The notes below the pieces were generated by a model. It was not told the DNA's origin, searched no databases, and saw nothing but the letters and a program-made list of their open reading frames with translations. This document shows, piece by piece, positions 31,006 through 42,104 of a stretch of 64,000 nt of DNA; positions within the stretch are counted from its first letter, which is position 1; each line of letters opens with the position of its first letter. The stretch is from Candidatus Oxydemutatoraceae bacterium. Its GTDB lineage: Bacteria; Pseudomonadota; Gammaproteobacteria; Poriferisulfidales; Oxydemutatoraceae. Both the position numbers and the translations under genes were made by a program. The stretch is from assembly GCA_965218975.1 (NCBI GenBank), contig OZ244717.1, positions 1 through 64,000 on the forward strand, read 5' to 3'.

Positions 31006-33045
31006 TTGAGTAGTACAAGCAAACGGAACAGATTGGTAAACTCAACTAGCCCTTATCTGCAGCAACATGCGGATAATCCGGTTGATTGGTTCACCTGGGG
31101 AGAAGAGGCGTTTAACAAAGCCCGCCGTGAAAATAAACCGATCCTATTATCGATCGGTTATTCAGCGTGTCATTGGTGCCACGTAATGGCGCATGAATCT
31201 TTTGAGGATGAGACAACCGCCGCTTTAATGAACCGACACTTTGTCAATATTAAAGTTGACCGCGAGGAACGTCCCGATATTGATAAAATTTACCAACTGA
31301 CGCATTCGCTATTGATTCGAGGACCGGGGGGTTGGCCTTTAACAACATTTATTGATCCCAAAACACACGCGCCTTTTTTCAGCGGCACTTATTTTCCGGA
31401 TCAACCGCGTCATCACTTACCCGCATTTAAAGAAGTACTTGTTTCACTTGCCGACTATTTTAATACTCACTTACAAGAAATTCGCCGACAGGGCGAAGTA
31501 GTTTGTACTGCGATGCAACGCATTTATGCGCCACAAGAACCATTGTCATCACTACCGCGAAACGCTTTAGAAAACACATGCAATGCACTGCTTGACTGTT
31601 TTGATACGGTGCATGGCGGTTTCGGTGAAGCGCCAAAATTTCCGCAACCCAGCTATCTTGAATTTCTGATTTATTATTGGGTAAAAGCAAGACATCAACC
31701 GGCGATCGAGGCGGTCGTTTATACGTTAAACAAAATGTCCAATTCGGGTGTGTACGATCACATTGGCGGCGGATTTTATCGCTATGCGGTTGACCGAGAG
31801 TGGATGATTCCGCATTTCGAGAAAATGCTGTACGACAATGGATGGTTGCTGAGTCTTTTATCGGATGCCGCCATTTTCAATGGCGCAGAACTATTTAAAC
31901 AACGGGTCTGTGAAACTGCCGAATGGGTAATGCGGGAAATGCAATCGTCTGCGGGGGGATACTACTCTTCCATAGATGCTGATTCCGAAGGGAAAGAAGG
32001 TTGGTTTTATGTTTGGAGTCAACAAGATATTGATGCAGCCCTGCAAGGTGACGGCGATGCAGCCGCTTTGATTCGCCGACACTACAACCTAGGTGATGCC
32101 GAAAACTTTGAGGGCAAATGGCATTTACACTTGAACGCAGCGACGGACGATCCGACACTGGCCACGGTGAAGAAAAAATTATTTGATTACCGTAACCAAA
32201 GAATTAAACCGCACTTAGACAACAAAATTCTAACGGCATGGAACGCCCTGATGATCAAAGGCATGGCGAAAGCAGCAATGGTGGCGAACGAGAAACGATA
32301 TGCCGATTCCGCACAACGAGCATTTCGATTTATGCAAACGACCATGTGGGATGGTAAACAGTTGCGATCATGTTGGAACAATGATGTTATGCAAACGACT
32401 ATGTACCTTGATGACTGCGCCTTTTTATTAGATACGACACTGTATCTGTTACAAATGCGCTGGGACAAACAGAAATTTTCATTCGCATTGTCACTGGCAG
32501 ATATTCTATTGGAACAATTTGAAGATAAACTTCATGGCGGCTATTTCTTCACTCCGGACGAACACGAAATATTATTGCAACGTCCGCGCACTTTTACCGA
32601 TGAAGCGGTTCCCTGTGGTTATGGCATAGCAACATCGGCATTAATCCTCATAGGATTATTATCCGGATATGCGAAATATTTGACCAGCGCCGAACGCGCT
32701 TTGGGCCAGGCGAATCGCGTTCTTGAAAAAGAACTCATGCACTGCACAACTCTTGTTCGCGTCTCGGATACTTGGGAAAATTTACCGGAGATTATCATCT
32801 TGCGCGGCGCGAAGACTTTACTGCCGGACTGGCAGTATTGCGTGAATCAAACATTCAATCCGCAACGCTACTGCTTTGCGATACCGAGCGACGCAGCTGA
32901 TCTTCCTCCTGCGATTGCCGACAAACCTGCAGCACAAAATTTTGCAACGGTTCGCGCTTACATTTGTCAAGGCACTGCATGTCAAAAACCGATTGATGAT
33001 CTTGATTGCTTCAGAAAATATTTAGGCCGGACTACCACTTCGTAA
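31006..33045 (+). CDS. YyaL/SSP411-family thioredoxin-domain plus alpha/alpha-barrel protein
   Basis: [45 protein letters not shown]. Confidence 0.9.
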   Translation: MSSTSKRNRLVNSTSPYLQQHADNPVDWFTWGEEAFNKARRENKPILLSIGYSACHWCHVMAHESFEDETTAALMNRHFVNIKVDREERPDIDKIYQLTHSLLIRGPGGWPLTTFIDPKTHAPFFSGTYFPDQPRHHLPAFKEVLVSLADYFNTHLQEIRRQGEVVCTAMQRIYAPQEPLSSLPRNALENTCNALLDCFDTVHGGFGEAPKFPQPSYLEFLIYYWVKARHQPAIEAVVYTLNKMSNSGVYDHIGGGFYRYAVDREWMIPHFEKMLYDNGWLLSLLSDAAIFNGAELFKQRVCETAEWVMREMQSSAGGYYSSIDADSEGKEGWFYVWSQQDIDAALQGDGDAAALIRRHYNLGDAENFEGKWHLHLNAATDDPTLATVKKKLFDYRNQRIKPHLDNKILTAWNALMIKGMAKAAMVANEKRYADSAQRAFRFMQTTMWDGKQLRSCWNNDVMQTTMYLDDCAFLLDTTLYLLQMRWDKQKFSFALSLADILLEQFEDKLHGGYFFTPDEHEILLQRPRTFTDEAVPCGYGIATSALILIGLLSGYAKYLTSAERALGQANRVLEKELMHCTTLVRVSDTWENLPEIIILRGAKTLLPDWQYCVNQTFNPQRYCFAIPSDAADLPPAIADKPAAQNFATVRAYICQGTACQKPIDDLDCFRKYLGRTTTS

Positions 33046-33047
33046 AG

Positions 33048-33842
33048 ATGAAACTGCTACGTCTGATCATTCGATTTACTTTGGTTATATTACACATCCT
33101 ATTAGGAACTATATTATGTGTTATCGCCTTGCATCACGGACTTAAAAAATCGTCTCGCCAAAAAATTATCCGTTGGTGGCTACAAACCGTCGGAAAAATT
33201 TTTGGTTTGCATATACAAACTATTGGTATCAGTCAAGAAGAACCGGTTTATTTGGTCTCTAATCATATATCGTGGCTAGATATTGTGGTACTGGGTAGCA
33301 TCCAACCGATTACTTTCCTATCCAAAGAAGAAATCAAGCACTGGCCGGTTGTCGGCTATCTGGCAAAAAAAGCAGGCACTTTATTTATCCGCCGCGGCAT
33401 CAGCGGTACCAAAGCCAAGCAGAATATTGAACAACATTTAATCAGAGGAAATAGTATCGCAATTTTCCCAGAAGGAACGACCTCCAATGGAATAGAGACG
33501 CGCCCATTTTATCCGCGACTGTTTGCTCCGGCGATGGCCGAACATATCACGATTCAACCGGTTGCACTAATTTATCCGCCTCCGGCGACAAGCAACCTTA
33601 ACAGGGTTAACCCAGTTGTTCCGCTAAAAAACAATGTGAACTTTTTTGCCAGCGTGACCGCCGTTATGAAACAGAGACATACGCCTGTTATTGTGCGTTA
33701 CGCCCGCCCAATTGCGGCTACCAACGATCAGGATCGTAAAGCAGTTGCAACCCAAGCATATCGCGCTGTTTTAGAACAAATTGATGCGGCATATTCGGAG
33801 CGACTCGCCGCCATCAACCATCTTGCTACGACCGCTGAGTAA
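33048..33842 (+). CDS. Lysophospholipid acyltransferase (PlsC/OlsA-like)
   Basis: NHISWLD, FPEGTT motifs. Confidence 0.88.
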   Translation: MKLLRLIIRFTLVILHILLGTILCVIALHHGLKKSSRQKIIRWWLQTVGKIFGLHIQTIGISQEEPVYLVSNHISWLDIVVLGSIQPITFLSKEEIKHWPVVGYLAKKAGTLFIRRGISGTKAKQNIEQHLIRGNSIAIFPEGTTSNGIETRPFYPRLFAPAMAEHITIQPVALIYPPPATSNLNRVNPVVPLKNNVNFFASVTAVMKQRHTPVIVRYARPIAATNDQDRKAVATQAYRAVLEQIDAAYSERLAAINHLATTAE

Positions 33843-34402
33843 TGCCTGTAAACGACTTTAACAAAGAGCTTCGCAAACAAGCGTCAACCCCACGCCGCTA
33901 CGGTCGCAAAATGATATTTGCCGCATGGCTCGCGATATTCGCTGTGGTATACATTTTCTTTGGCGAAACATTAGAAAATATGTATAACCCCAATCAATCG
34001 CCCGAAACCATCGCGTTAGCGGACGGCGGCGTTGAGGTTACTATGCAACAAAACCGCTATGGGCATTATTTGGTCACCGGGAAAATTAACGGAACATCGG
34101 TTAACTTTATGCTGGATACCGGCGCAACTACTATTAGCGTACCATCATCGATAGCGCGCAAAATCGGATTGCGCGGCGGCATTCCGACGCGTGTGCAAAC
34201 CGCAAACGGTGTCGCTGTCGTGTACCAAACACAGCTCGCTGAAGTGTCTATAGGTAATATCCGTCTGCATGACGTTCGTGCCAATATTAATCCTAATATG
34301 AACGATGATAAGATTTTACTTGGAATGTCTTTTCTAAAACGTTTGGACTTTAGCCAAACCGGAAAACAACTGACGATACGCCAACGTGCCGATACACTTT
34401 AA
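33842..34402 (+). CDS. Membrane-anchored clan AA (retropepsin-like) aspartic protease, TIGR02281-like
   Basis: N-terminal TM helix, GHY, FMLDTGAT, TANG, LLGMSFL. Confidence 0.9.
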   Translation: MPVNDFNKELRKQASTPRRYGRKMIFAAWLAIFAVVYIFFGETLENMYNPNQSPETIALADGGVEVTMQQNRYGHYLVTGKINGTSVNFMLDTGATTISVPSSIARKIGLRGGIPTRVQTANGVAVVYQTQLAEVSIGNIRLHDVRANINPNMNDDKILLGMSFLKRLDFSQTGKQLTIRQRADTL

Positions 34403-34575
34403 TCACGCGAAGCAGTGATATAGAAGCATCTATCCTAATTCCCAATGCATCGTTTCCGCTCCCTTTTCTACGCGAGGTGGCGACAAACGATATTCCTGTC
34501 AATGAAATATTCTCCCAAGCGGACCGCAACTTAAGGCCACGCTAACCATTTGCATCCTTATCGTTATAAACGGAA

Positions 34576-35409
34576 TCAGCCGCTTGCCCTCCAGCGTTGA
34601 AATAACTTTATGCCTTCAAAGCGAAATGCTTCAATCCACTGAGCTCCGTTGCCGTCCACTAGCCAATCCGCGAAAATTTTCGCATCTCTATAATGTACAT
34701 GAGGATGCTTTTTAGGATTAACCAAAACTACACTATACGGATTGATCAATGGTGGAATATTTTCCACCAACACTTTCAGATTGGCACGATTTTTGAAGCT
34801 AAACCAAGTCGCACTGTCGGAAAGCGTATAAGCACGCAGTTCATTTGCCATATTCAATGCTGCTCCCATACTATTGCCGATTTCGATGTACCAATGGTGG
34901 TATTTCGAATTGACTTGAATATCAGCGAATCGCCACAGCGACAATTCTTTTTTATGAGTCCCGCTGTTATCCCCACGCGAGATAAACGGTATACGGCCTT
35001 GAGCGATCTTACGTAACGCCGACGAAATATCCTTAGTAGCGGCAATCTCTGCAGGATCATTCTTGTCACCGACTAGAATATAGTAGTTATACATAAATGT
35101 TCGGCGCTCAATACCGTCCCCTCGCGCGACAAATTCATGTTCGGATTGCTCATCATGGACAAGTACCAGATCGGCGTCACCTTTACCCGCGATATTTAGC
35201 GCACGCCCGGTTCCAACTGCAATGACACGCACGCCGATGCCGGTTTCTTCAGAAAATTTTGGTAAAACATAACTATAAAAGCCCGAATTATCCACGGATG
35301 TGGTTGATGCCAGTGTAATTGAACGCGATGTAGCATCATCGCTTACTAGCGACACCGCTGCAGCAATAATTAAGCCGAGACTAATGCCTGCAAGCGCATA
35401 AATTCGCAT
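34576..35409 (-). CDS. tupA: Tungstate ABC transporter substrate-binding protein
   Basis: LASTTS.DNSG, VGTG.AL, SRGDNSGTH.KE (TupA signatures). Confidence 0.88.
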   Translation of the reverse strand: MRIYALAGISLGLIIAAAVSLVSDDATSRSITLASTTSVDNSGFYSYVLPKFSEETGIGVRVIAVGTGRALNIAGKGDADLVLVHDEQSEHEFVARGDGIERRTFMYNYYILVGDKNDPAEIAATKDISSALRKIAQGRIPFISRGDNSGTHKKELSLWRFADIQVNSKYHHWYIEIGNSMGAALNMANELRAYTLSDSATWFSFKNRANLKVLVENIPPLINPYSVVLVNPKKHPHVHYRDAKIFADWLVDGNGAQWIEAFRFEGIKLFQRWRASG

Positions 35410-36098
35410 ACCTCCTTCTCCTGCGAGTGATCAAAAAATTCATTAACGCCACACTGCTTAATGCATCTCCCATAGTCAAGAAAGATAATTTCATCGCATA
35501 ACCTTCTGACTTGCGCAAGGTTATGTGATGAAAAAATAATTTTAATGTTTTGTCGTTTGAGTCTGAGAATTAAATCTTCAACTGCTTTTGAAGATAACAA
35601 ATCCAAACCCGCGCTAGGTTCGTCCAGCAAAATAATTTCCGGTTTTAACAGCCACGCACGCGCAATGGCAAGCCTTTGTTGTTCACCTCCCGACAACGAA
35701 ACAGCATTACGATCGCCAAACTCATGTAAACCAACCAAACTCAGCGCTTCGCTGATATATCGGCTCTGTAGCGGACGACCAATACCGCGCAAGGACAAAA
35801 CATAGCTCAAATTAGCACGCACGCTGCGACTCAGCAAACAGGGCCGTTGAAAAACCATTGCAATTTTACGTCCCATCTGCTTAGGGCTCTTTCCTTGCCA
35901 TTGAATTGACCCGCCACTTGGCGGCAACAAACCATGACATACTTTCAGAAAAGTACTTTTACCAGCGCCATTAGGGCCGACTAAAGCGATACAATTATTT
36001 ACCCCGCTAGTCAAGCTTATCTGCTTGAGTATCGCATTACCATCTATTTGACAGCTAACATCTTGCATTAACAAATAGGGAGTCCGATTATTCATCAC
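35370..36098 (-). CDS. tupC: Tungstate ABC transporter ATPase
   Basis: GPNGAGKST, LSGGE, LLDEP; context. Confidence 0.85.
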   Translation of the reverse strand: MMNNRTPYLLMQDVSCQIDGNAILKQISLTSGVNNCIALVGPNGAGKSTFLKVCHGLLPPSGGSIQWQGKSPKQMGRKIAMVFQRPCLLSRSVRANLSYVLSLRGIGRPLQSRYISEALSLVGLHEFGDRNAVSLSGGEQQRLAIARAWLLKPEIILLDEPSAGLDLLSSKAVEDLILRLKRQNIKIIFSSHNLAQVRRLCDEIIFLDYGRCIKQCGVNEFFDHSQEKEVCEFMRLQALVSA

Positions 36099-36101
36099 AG
36101 A

Positions 36102-36797
36102 TCAAGTATCGCTAACATGGCGTAGCAGTTGAACTGCAAATGAAACTGATAAAGCGATGATGATTAAAATAATTCCTAACGCCAATGCTAACGCAAGGTT
36201 TCCTTTGCTAGTCTCCAATGCGATAGTCGTCGTCATCATCCGTGTTGCATGATTAATATTCCCTCCCACAATCAATACCGCGCCAACCTCGGCAATCGCC
36301 CGACCGAATCCTGCTAACACCGCAGTTAACAAGCTAAACCGCCCTTCCCATAATAGGGTACGCACTGAAACCCAAGTGCCACAATCCCATGAGCGCAATT
36401 GCTCGTCGTAAGCGGCATGTAGATCTTGCATTGCCTGACAGCTAAGGGAAACAATCACAGGAAAAACAATAACAAATTGTGCGATTACCAATGCAGTCGG
36501 AGTGAATAACAAATCCAACACTCCAAAAGGACCACTCGCTGACAATAGTAAATAAACGACCAAACCGACAACAACCGGCGGTAATCCCATCAAGGCGCCG
36601 AGTAAGCTAATCCAAAATTGTCGCGTGACGAACCGCCGAATTGCCAACCATGCTCCCATCGGCAAACCAACGACAGTAGCGATCACAACCGAACCGATTG
36701 TCACTTGCAAAGAAAGCAAAATAATCTCTATTAAGTCGCTGTCGAGATGAAGCATCAGGTCCACCGCAACCGATACTGCTGTGCTGAAATCACTCAT
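36102..36797 (-). CDS. tupB: Tungstate ABC transporter permease
   Basis: GLPPVVVGL, GFGRAIAEVGA, GGNI..TR..TT.I..ETSKG. Confidence 0.88.
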   Translation of the reverse strand: MSDFSTAVSVAVDLMLHLDSDLIEIILLSLQVTIGSVVIATVVGLPMGAWLAIRRFVTRQFWISLLGALMGLPPVVVGLVVYLLLSASGPFGVLDLLFTPTALVIAQFVIVFPVIVSLSCQAMQDLHAAYDEQLRSWDCGTWVSVRTLLWEGRFSLLTAVLAGFGRAIAEVGAVLIVGGNINHATRMMTTTIALETSKGNLALALALGIILIIIALSVSFAVQLLRHVSDT

Positions 36798-37003
36798 CGT
36801 TTTTTCGGTCTCATATTTATTTCAGAATAAAATGATAAAGCAATACTGACGAGAAGAAATGCCGGTTTAGAAAAAAACGCTGGCTGAACTTGTGCTCAAA
36901 ATGTTAAAAAATTCCGATAGAACAACCACTTATCACCGCCCCTAGACTTAAACCTTCGTCTAATGTTTAATTGCATCTCTAAAATACTTTTGAAGGAGCC
37001 CCC

Positions 37004-37513
37004 ATGGCAATTATTTCATTACAAGGTAACAAAGTAAACACAAACGGTAAGTTGCCTGAATTGTACTCAGCTGCACCGGATTTCGTTTTAGTCAATAAAG
37101 ATTTGGAAGATATCAGTCTGAAAAACTTTAAAGGTCAACCTAAACTAATCAGCATTGTGCCAAGTCTTGACACACCCGTCTGTGCAACTTCAACAAAAAA
37201 ACTTAATGAACTTGTACAAAATCATGAACACATTGCTACTCTAATTGTCTCATGCGATCTACCTTTCGCAATGTCACGTTTTTGCGCCGCCGAAGAATTG
37301 GACAATGTAACGACACTTTCAATGATGCGTTCGAATCAATTTGCTATGGACTATGGTATTTTGATTGAAGACGGACCACTTGCGGGAATCACTGCGCGGG
37401 CAATTGTCGTGCTAAATTCTGAAAACGATGTTGTCTATACTCAACTCGTCGAAGAAATCTCATCGGAACCCGATTATGATAGCCTCGCTAAGATTTTTGA
37501 TACGCTTAAATAG
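37004..37513 (+). CDS. tpx: Thiol peroxidase
   Basis: VPSLDTPVC, S.DLPFA..RFC. Confidence 0.94.
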   Translation: MAIISLQGNKVNTNGKLPELYSAAPDFVLVNKDLEDISLKNFKGQPKLISIVPSLDTPVCATSTKKLNELVQNHEHIATLIVSCDLPFAMSRFCAAEELDNVTTLSMMRSNQFAMDYGILIEDGPLAGITARAIVVLNSENDVVYTQLVEEISSEPDYDSLAKIFDTLK

Positions 37514-37526
37514 AGAAAATAGCTAT

Positions 37527-38702
37527 TTAACCCAACGCCTGACGCATAAAACTAATTTTCAAGGGTAGACAATGATTCACCCAACGCAATCCGTGACGAC
37601 GCATCGCCATCACCGGTCCGATCTGGCTGCCGAATATATGCTTAATACCTTCAAGAGATAATTTCATCGCAAGGTTGCGTCCTTTAACTGCACGTTCATA
37701 ACGGCGTAAATTTACATAATGAAAGTTTCTTCCTGCCAACACTTGTTGCAAACAATCAATGTCGGCAAACCCCATATTCGCACCTTGCCCGGCAAGCGGA
37801 TGGATACAGTGTGCCGCATCACCCACCAAAACAACACCTGGCATAGTATATTTGTCGACGATACCTCCATATAATGGAAAAGCTGCGCGTGCCGAAACTG
37901 ACAACACCGGACCGAATTGATCGGAAAAAACTTGATTGAGGCACTCGGCAAACTTCGCATCGGTGGCTTCTGTCAACTTATCAGCGAGCGTATAATTACA
38001 AGACCAGACTATAGAAGCCCGTCTCTCCCCCACCGGTAATAATGCCAAAATACCATCCGAGTGAAACCATTGCCGGCAAGTATGGTGTAACAATTGCCGT
38101 GTTTCGATTGTTGCAGTGAATGCTTGTTGTTGATAGTTAACCGTCCGATAGGAAAATCTCGACTCGTCACGAACAACGGAATGCATACCATCAGCGCCTA
38201 TAACCAAATCAGCATCGAGTGTCCGACCATCCGATAACTTTATATGTACCCGGTTCCGCCGACGTTCTAATTTCGCCAATTTCGCCGGGCATAACAATCG
38301 CACATTCGGTTGTCGACCTAAATGTTCAAACAATATTTTTCTGAGTAGCAAATCTTCAACTATAAAGCCCAGCTCAGACAATGCGAGATCGGTTGCGTCA
38401 AAATGAATTTCCGCTTTATCGTCAAAAACACGCATAGCGTAGTAAGGGTAAACTCTAGCCGTTCGGACCGCATCCCAAACACCAATTGATACAAGCAAGC
38501 TACGCGATAAAGCATTGAGTGCGTAAACACGGCCATACTCAACCGATTTGTCCCATGCTAGCGGTGTCTCGCCCAACACGCTGATTGAGAAATGTCTTTG
38601 CGCTAATACTGCGGCACAAGCCAAGCCAACGACTCCGCTGCCGATTATGATAATTTGTTGATCGCGAGACATGCTGACATCTTTCATCATACTTTCCGAC
38701 AT
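37527..38702 (-). CDS. ubiI: FAD-dependent ubiquinone-pathway hydroxylase (UbiI/VisC type)
   Basis: GxGxxG, GADG, GDAAH.IHPLAGQG.N.G; directly after ubiH. Confidence 0.78.
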   Translation of the reverse strand: MSESMMKDVSMSRDQQIIIIGSGVVGLACAAVLAQRHFSISVLGETPLAWDKSVEYGRVYALNALSRSLLVSIGVWDAVRTARVYPYYAMRVFDDKAEIHFDATDLALSELGFIVEDLLLRKILFEHLGRQPNVRLLCPAKLAKLERRRNRVHIKLSDGRTLDADLVIGADGMHSVVRDESRFSYRTVNYQQQAFTATIETRQLLHHTCRQWFHSDGILALLPVGERRASIVWSCNYTLADKLTEATDAKFAECLNQVFSDQFGPVLSVSARAAFPLYGGIVDKYTMPGVVLVGDAAHCIHPLAGQGANMGFADIDCLQQVLAGRNFHYVNLRRYERAVKGRNLAMKLSLEGIKHIFGSQIGPVMAMRRHGLRWVNHCLPLKISFMRQALG

Positions 38703-39955
38703 GGTTCCAGAGGTAAACCACTCGCCAATCGTGAGACGGGTGGGGACAAACCCAAACTGCGCCGTATAATCGCGCGACGCAAAGAAGGAAACACGTCGAA
38801 AGTAAGCAATGCTTTACCGCTAAACAATGGCGCAAACGGCAGTATCGTTGCGCGCGCTATAAAATCAGTGAACGCGGTGACATATTGAATATCCTGCTTA
38901 CGGCTATTTTCCCAAGAGTCTAGTAACTGATCGTCTGCCGGATTTTCCGGTGTTTCAAATAAGTACTGGGCAAGAAATGCGATATCACGCAATGTCAGAT
39001 TAAAACTTTGTCCGGCAACCGGATGTAAAGTATGCGCTGCATTACCCAATGCAACAATCGAACGATTAACCATTTTTGTAACCCTAAACAAACGCAATGA
39101 GTAAGCAGCACGTTTGCCGATTCGAATCACGTCGCCTAGCTTCCTGCCAAAATCTTCACGTAAGCGCACAGCAAAGTAACCATCGTCCCAAGCTAACACT
39201 TTCGCCGCTGTTAGATCATGCGAGACATTAGGATAAACCCAAACGACACCGTAACGCCGTCTATCTAACGGCAACATCACTAATATTCCATGCCGAGTAA
39301 AACGTTCATAAGCAACATGCTCAATATAATGTTCAGTGCGGATATTTGTCACGATCGCTGATTGCTTGTAGTCAAAAGTACGTGTATGAAAGCCAGCCAA
39401 CTCTAGTAAATCGCCACCGCCTTCTGCCAGAATAACTAAGCGCGCTTTTATCCGGTATAAGGTATCACCTTCACGTACCCGCAAACAAACACTACCGTTT
39501 TCATAAGCCAGAGACTGCACTGTTGTTTCTGCAAAAAATTTTGGGTTGGCGCTAGCATTAAGTTGTGTTTGCAAAGTTCTTAACAAAAAGGGATATGGTA
39601 TTACCCATGCCAATGCCTCCAACCCCTCTTCGTCGGCACGAATTTGTGTGACACCAAACGCATGCTTTTGTGAAACATGAATAGTCTTCACGGCAGTCGC
39701 TGCATGCACAATACCAGACCAAATTCCCAAGCTGTTAAAGATTCGTCGACTACTATCAGACAAGGTAATATTACGCCGATCAAAATTGTTATCATCGGGA
39801 ACAGCAAATTCGGGAACAGCAAATTGCAAACCCTTCGGCGCAGCATCAATAACGGCAACCCGACCCGGATAACCACGCAGGGCGAGCCCCATTACACTAC
39901 CCGCCAACCCGCCACCGACAACTATGATATCCCAGTGCTTATTTGTCAGTTGCAC
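38687..39955 (-). CDS. ubiH: 2-octaprenyl-6-methoxyphenol hydroxylase
   Basis: GGGLAG, IHVSQ, AYERFT, GNAAHTLHPVAGQSFNL.LRD; follows pepP. Confidence 0.88.
   Translation of the reverse strand: MQLTNKHWDIIVVGGGLAGSVMGLALRGYPGRVAVIDAAPKGLQFAVPEFAVPDDNNFDRRNITLSDSSRRIFNSLGIWSGIVHAATAVKTIHVSQKHAFGVTQIRADEEGLEALAWVIPYPFLLRTLQTQLNASANPKFFAETTVQSLAYENGSVCLRVREGDTLYRIKARLVILAEGGGDLLELAGFHTRTFDYKQSAIVTNIRTEHYIEHVAYERFTRHGILVMLPLDRRRYGVVWVYPNVSHDLTAAKVLAWDDGYFAVRLREDFGRKLGDVIRIGKRAAYSLRLFRVTKMVNRSIVALGNAAHTLHPVAGQSFNLTLRDIAFLAQYLFETPENPADDQLLDSWENSRKQDIQYVTAFTDFIARATILPFAPLFSGKALLTFDVFPSLRRAIIRRSLGLSPPVSRLASGLPLEPCRKV
39796..39825. repeat. Perfect in-frame 2x15-bp tandem duplication inside ubiH
   Basis: CGGGAACAGCAAATT twice; protein reads FAVPE-FAVPD. 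Confidence 0.9.
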
Positions 39956-41265
39956 GGACCGCCACTCGCCATCATTGCTTCAATCGCATCCGGATCCTTC
40001 GGCGCCATTTCAGTCAAAACTCGATTACCGGTTGCAGTAACCACGACATCGTCTTCAATACGTATTCCCGTGTTCCACCAGCGTCGCCGGATATTAACGT
40101 CACGTTTAATATACAAACCGGGTTCCACTGTCATAACCATTCCCGGCTCAAGCATCCGCCATTTGCCGTTAACTTGGTAGTCGCCGACATCGTGCACATC
40201 CATCCCTAACCAATGCCCAGTATTATGCATATAAAAACGCCGGTAAGCGCCCTCTTTGATCAAAGTGTTTGCCGGTCCCCTTAATAAACCAAGCTCTTTC
40301 AAGCCCATAGTTAATGTTCTTACTGCCGCGTGGTGAAAATCATCATATCGGTTACCGGGCTTAATCTGGCGAATTGCATCAGACTGCGCTTGCAAAACTA
40401 CTTCATACAATTCTCTTTGGGCGGCGCTGAAACGACCAGCAACCGGATATGTCCGAGTAACATCCGAAGCATAGTTCTCCCATTCGGCGCCGGCATCTAC
40501 CAAAAGCAAATCTTTGTGCCGAAGTTTTGTGTTGTTTTTAGTGTAGTGCAAAGTACAGGCATTCACGCCGCCACCGACAATGCAAGGATAGGCAGGCACT
40601 GCACCAAGTTGACGAAACACGTGAAGAAATTCCGCTTCAACTTCATATTCATACATTTCAGGACGGCAAGCGCGCATCGCGCGGCAATGCGCCTGACAGG
40701 AAATTTGTGCCGCCCGAAACATTATATCGGTTTCCATTGCTGTTTTACGCAAACGCAATTCATGGATCAAGGGTTCTACCGGTTGCAAACAAACGCTGCC
40801 GGAATGGATACTAAGCGAACGTATAATATGACTGTTAAATTGCCATGTTTGCGCCGTCGGTTGAGGGCCATAAACCCGGGTCCGCCCGTGAATTAAATGC
40901 GGGAAAATCATTGCGAATTCATCAATCGGATATGCCTGATCCGCACCATACACACGCACCGCATCCTGACAACCTATGCGAGCACCAGTCCATAGCTCTT
41001 CTCGCGGATCTTTGGGCTGACAAAACAACGTATATCTTAGTTGACTAGCACTGCCCTCCGTGGTCAGTACCGCAATTGCATTTGGCTCCGGGAAAGCGGT
41101 TAAATAAAAGAAATCACTATTCTGGCGAAACGGATACTCAACATCATTATTGCGCAAATAAGACCCGGCGGCAGAAACCACTGCCGCGGCTGATTTTCCG
41201 ATTGCCCGCATCAGCTTGCGCCTACGTTGTCTGAGTAGCACATGCTTATCACCATTAGGCGTCAA
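39946..41265 (-). CDS. pepP: Xaa-Pro aminopeptidase
   Basis: YPFRQNSDF.YLT, LHY, DAG..YASDVTRT, GHWLGMDVHD, TVEPGLY, GIRIEDD. Confidence 0.95.
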   Translation of the reverse strand: MTPNGDKHVLLRQRRRKLMRAIGKSAAAVVSAAGSYLRNNDVEYPFRQNSDFFYLTAFPEPNAIAVLTTEGSASQLRYTLFCQPKDPREELWTGARIGCQDAVRVYGADQAYPIDEFAMIFPHLIHGRTRVYGPQPTAQTWQFNSHIIRSLSIHSGSVCLQPVEPLIHELRLRKTAMETDIMFRAAQISCQAHCRAMRACRPEMYEYEVEAEFLHVFRQLGAVPAYPCIVGGGVNACTLHYTKNNTKLRHKDLLLVDAGAEWENYASDVTRTYPVAGRFSAAQRELYEVVLQAQSDAIRQIKPGNRYDDFHHAAVRTLTMGLKELGLLRGPANTLIKEGAYRRFYMHNTGHWLGMDVHDVGDYQVNGKWRMLEPGMVMTVEPGLYIKRDVNIRRRWWNTGIRIEDDVVVTATGNRVLTEMAPKDPDAIEAMMASGGPCN

Positions 41266-41814
41266 TTCATTCCCCTCTTAAAACTTCGTGCAATGAACCG
41301 TCATTTTTAGCAGTAAAACCCTACTCATATCATTGGCCACTTGCGCGTAATATCTTATTTTATTTGGCTCGGAATCTCATCAATTTTTACACGCTAAAGC
41401 TATATAAAACACCTGGAAGCGCTTCTATCAATACACCGGTGTATATGAAATAGCAGATATTAACCCACAGTAATAGTAATTTAAAAACCCGTATTTTTGA
41501 TTGTATATCTCGACGTCAGCCGGAAGAAAACTCCAAAATAAGTAATCCCCTATAGACATTTACTTAATGTTGAAAAACAGTTCATAGCCTGTACACCGCA
41601 CATCGTCTCGCACAATTTAGATTTCCCCAACAATTTTCCAATCGACATAAATTTCCTCACATTTTTTAGCGCTGTTTTTTTATTATTATTTTCAACTAGT
41701 TATAAATAATATAGCACACTATCCGTTGTCGGTTTATTTTTTTAAGCTCGGGAAAAAAACCATACTAAAAAAGTCTGTACAAAAAATTCAACAAAGACTG
41801 TCGAATTTAAACTA

Positions 41815-41842
41815 TTGACCATTGAATTGAAATAAGTACTAT
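41815..41842 (+). promoter_or_regulatory. Candidate sigma70 promoter for zapB-zapA-ssrS
   Basis: TTGACC-16 bp-TACTAT, ending 34 bp upstream of the zapB ATG. Confidence 0.5.
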
Positions 41843-41876
41843 TCGTTAAAATAAATATAAAAACAGAAAAAACTCT

Positions 41877-42104
41877 ATGGAAGAAAACACAAATTCAAGT
41901 TATCAAATATTATTAGAACTAGAGGAACACATAAGTACTCTTCTGGAAGATTATAAAAAGCTGTCGCAAGAAAATGACCTCCTGAGGCAAAACCAGGAAG
42001 CATTACTCAATGAGAAAGCCAACTTATTGGAGATAAATTGTCAAGTACAGGATAAAATTGAGTCAATGGTAAATCAACTAAAGATGTTAGAGAAATCCAC
42101 ATGA
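41877..42104 (+). CDS. zapB: ZapB-like coiled-coil cell-division protein (TIGR02449-like)
   Basis: 75-aa heptad coiled coil ending KIESMVNQLK; ATGA overlap with zapA. Confidence 0.75.
   Translation: MEENTNSSYQILLELEEHISTLLEDYKKLSQENDLLRQNQEALLNEKANLLEINCQVQDKIESMVNQLKMLEKST

Noticed and set aside
41266-41876. Replication origin in the AT-rich gap
   Set aside because: No TTATCCACA-type DnaA boxes seen and no oriC-associated genes nearby
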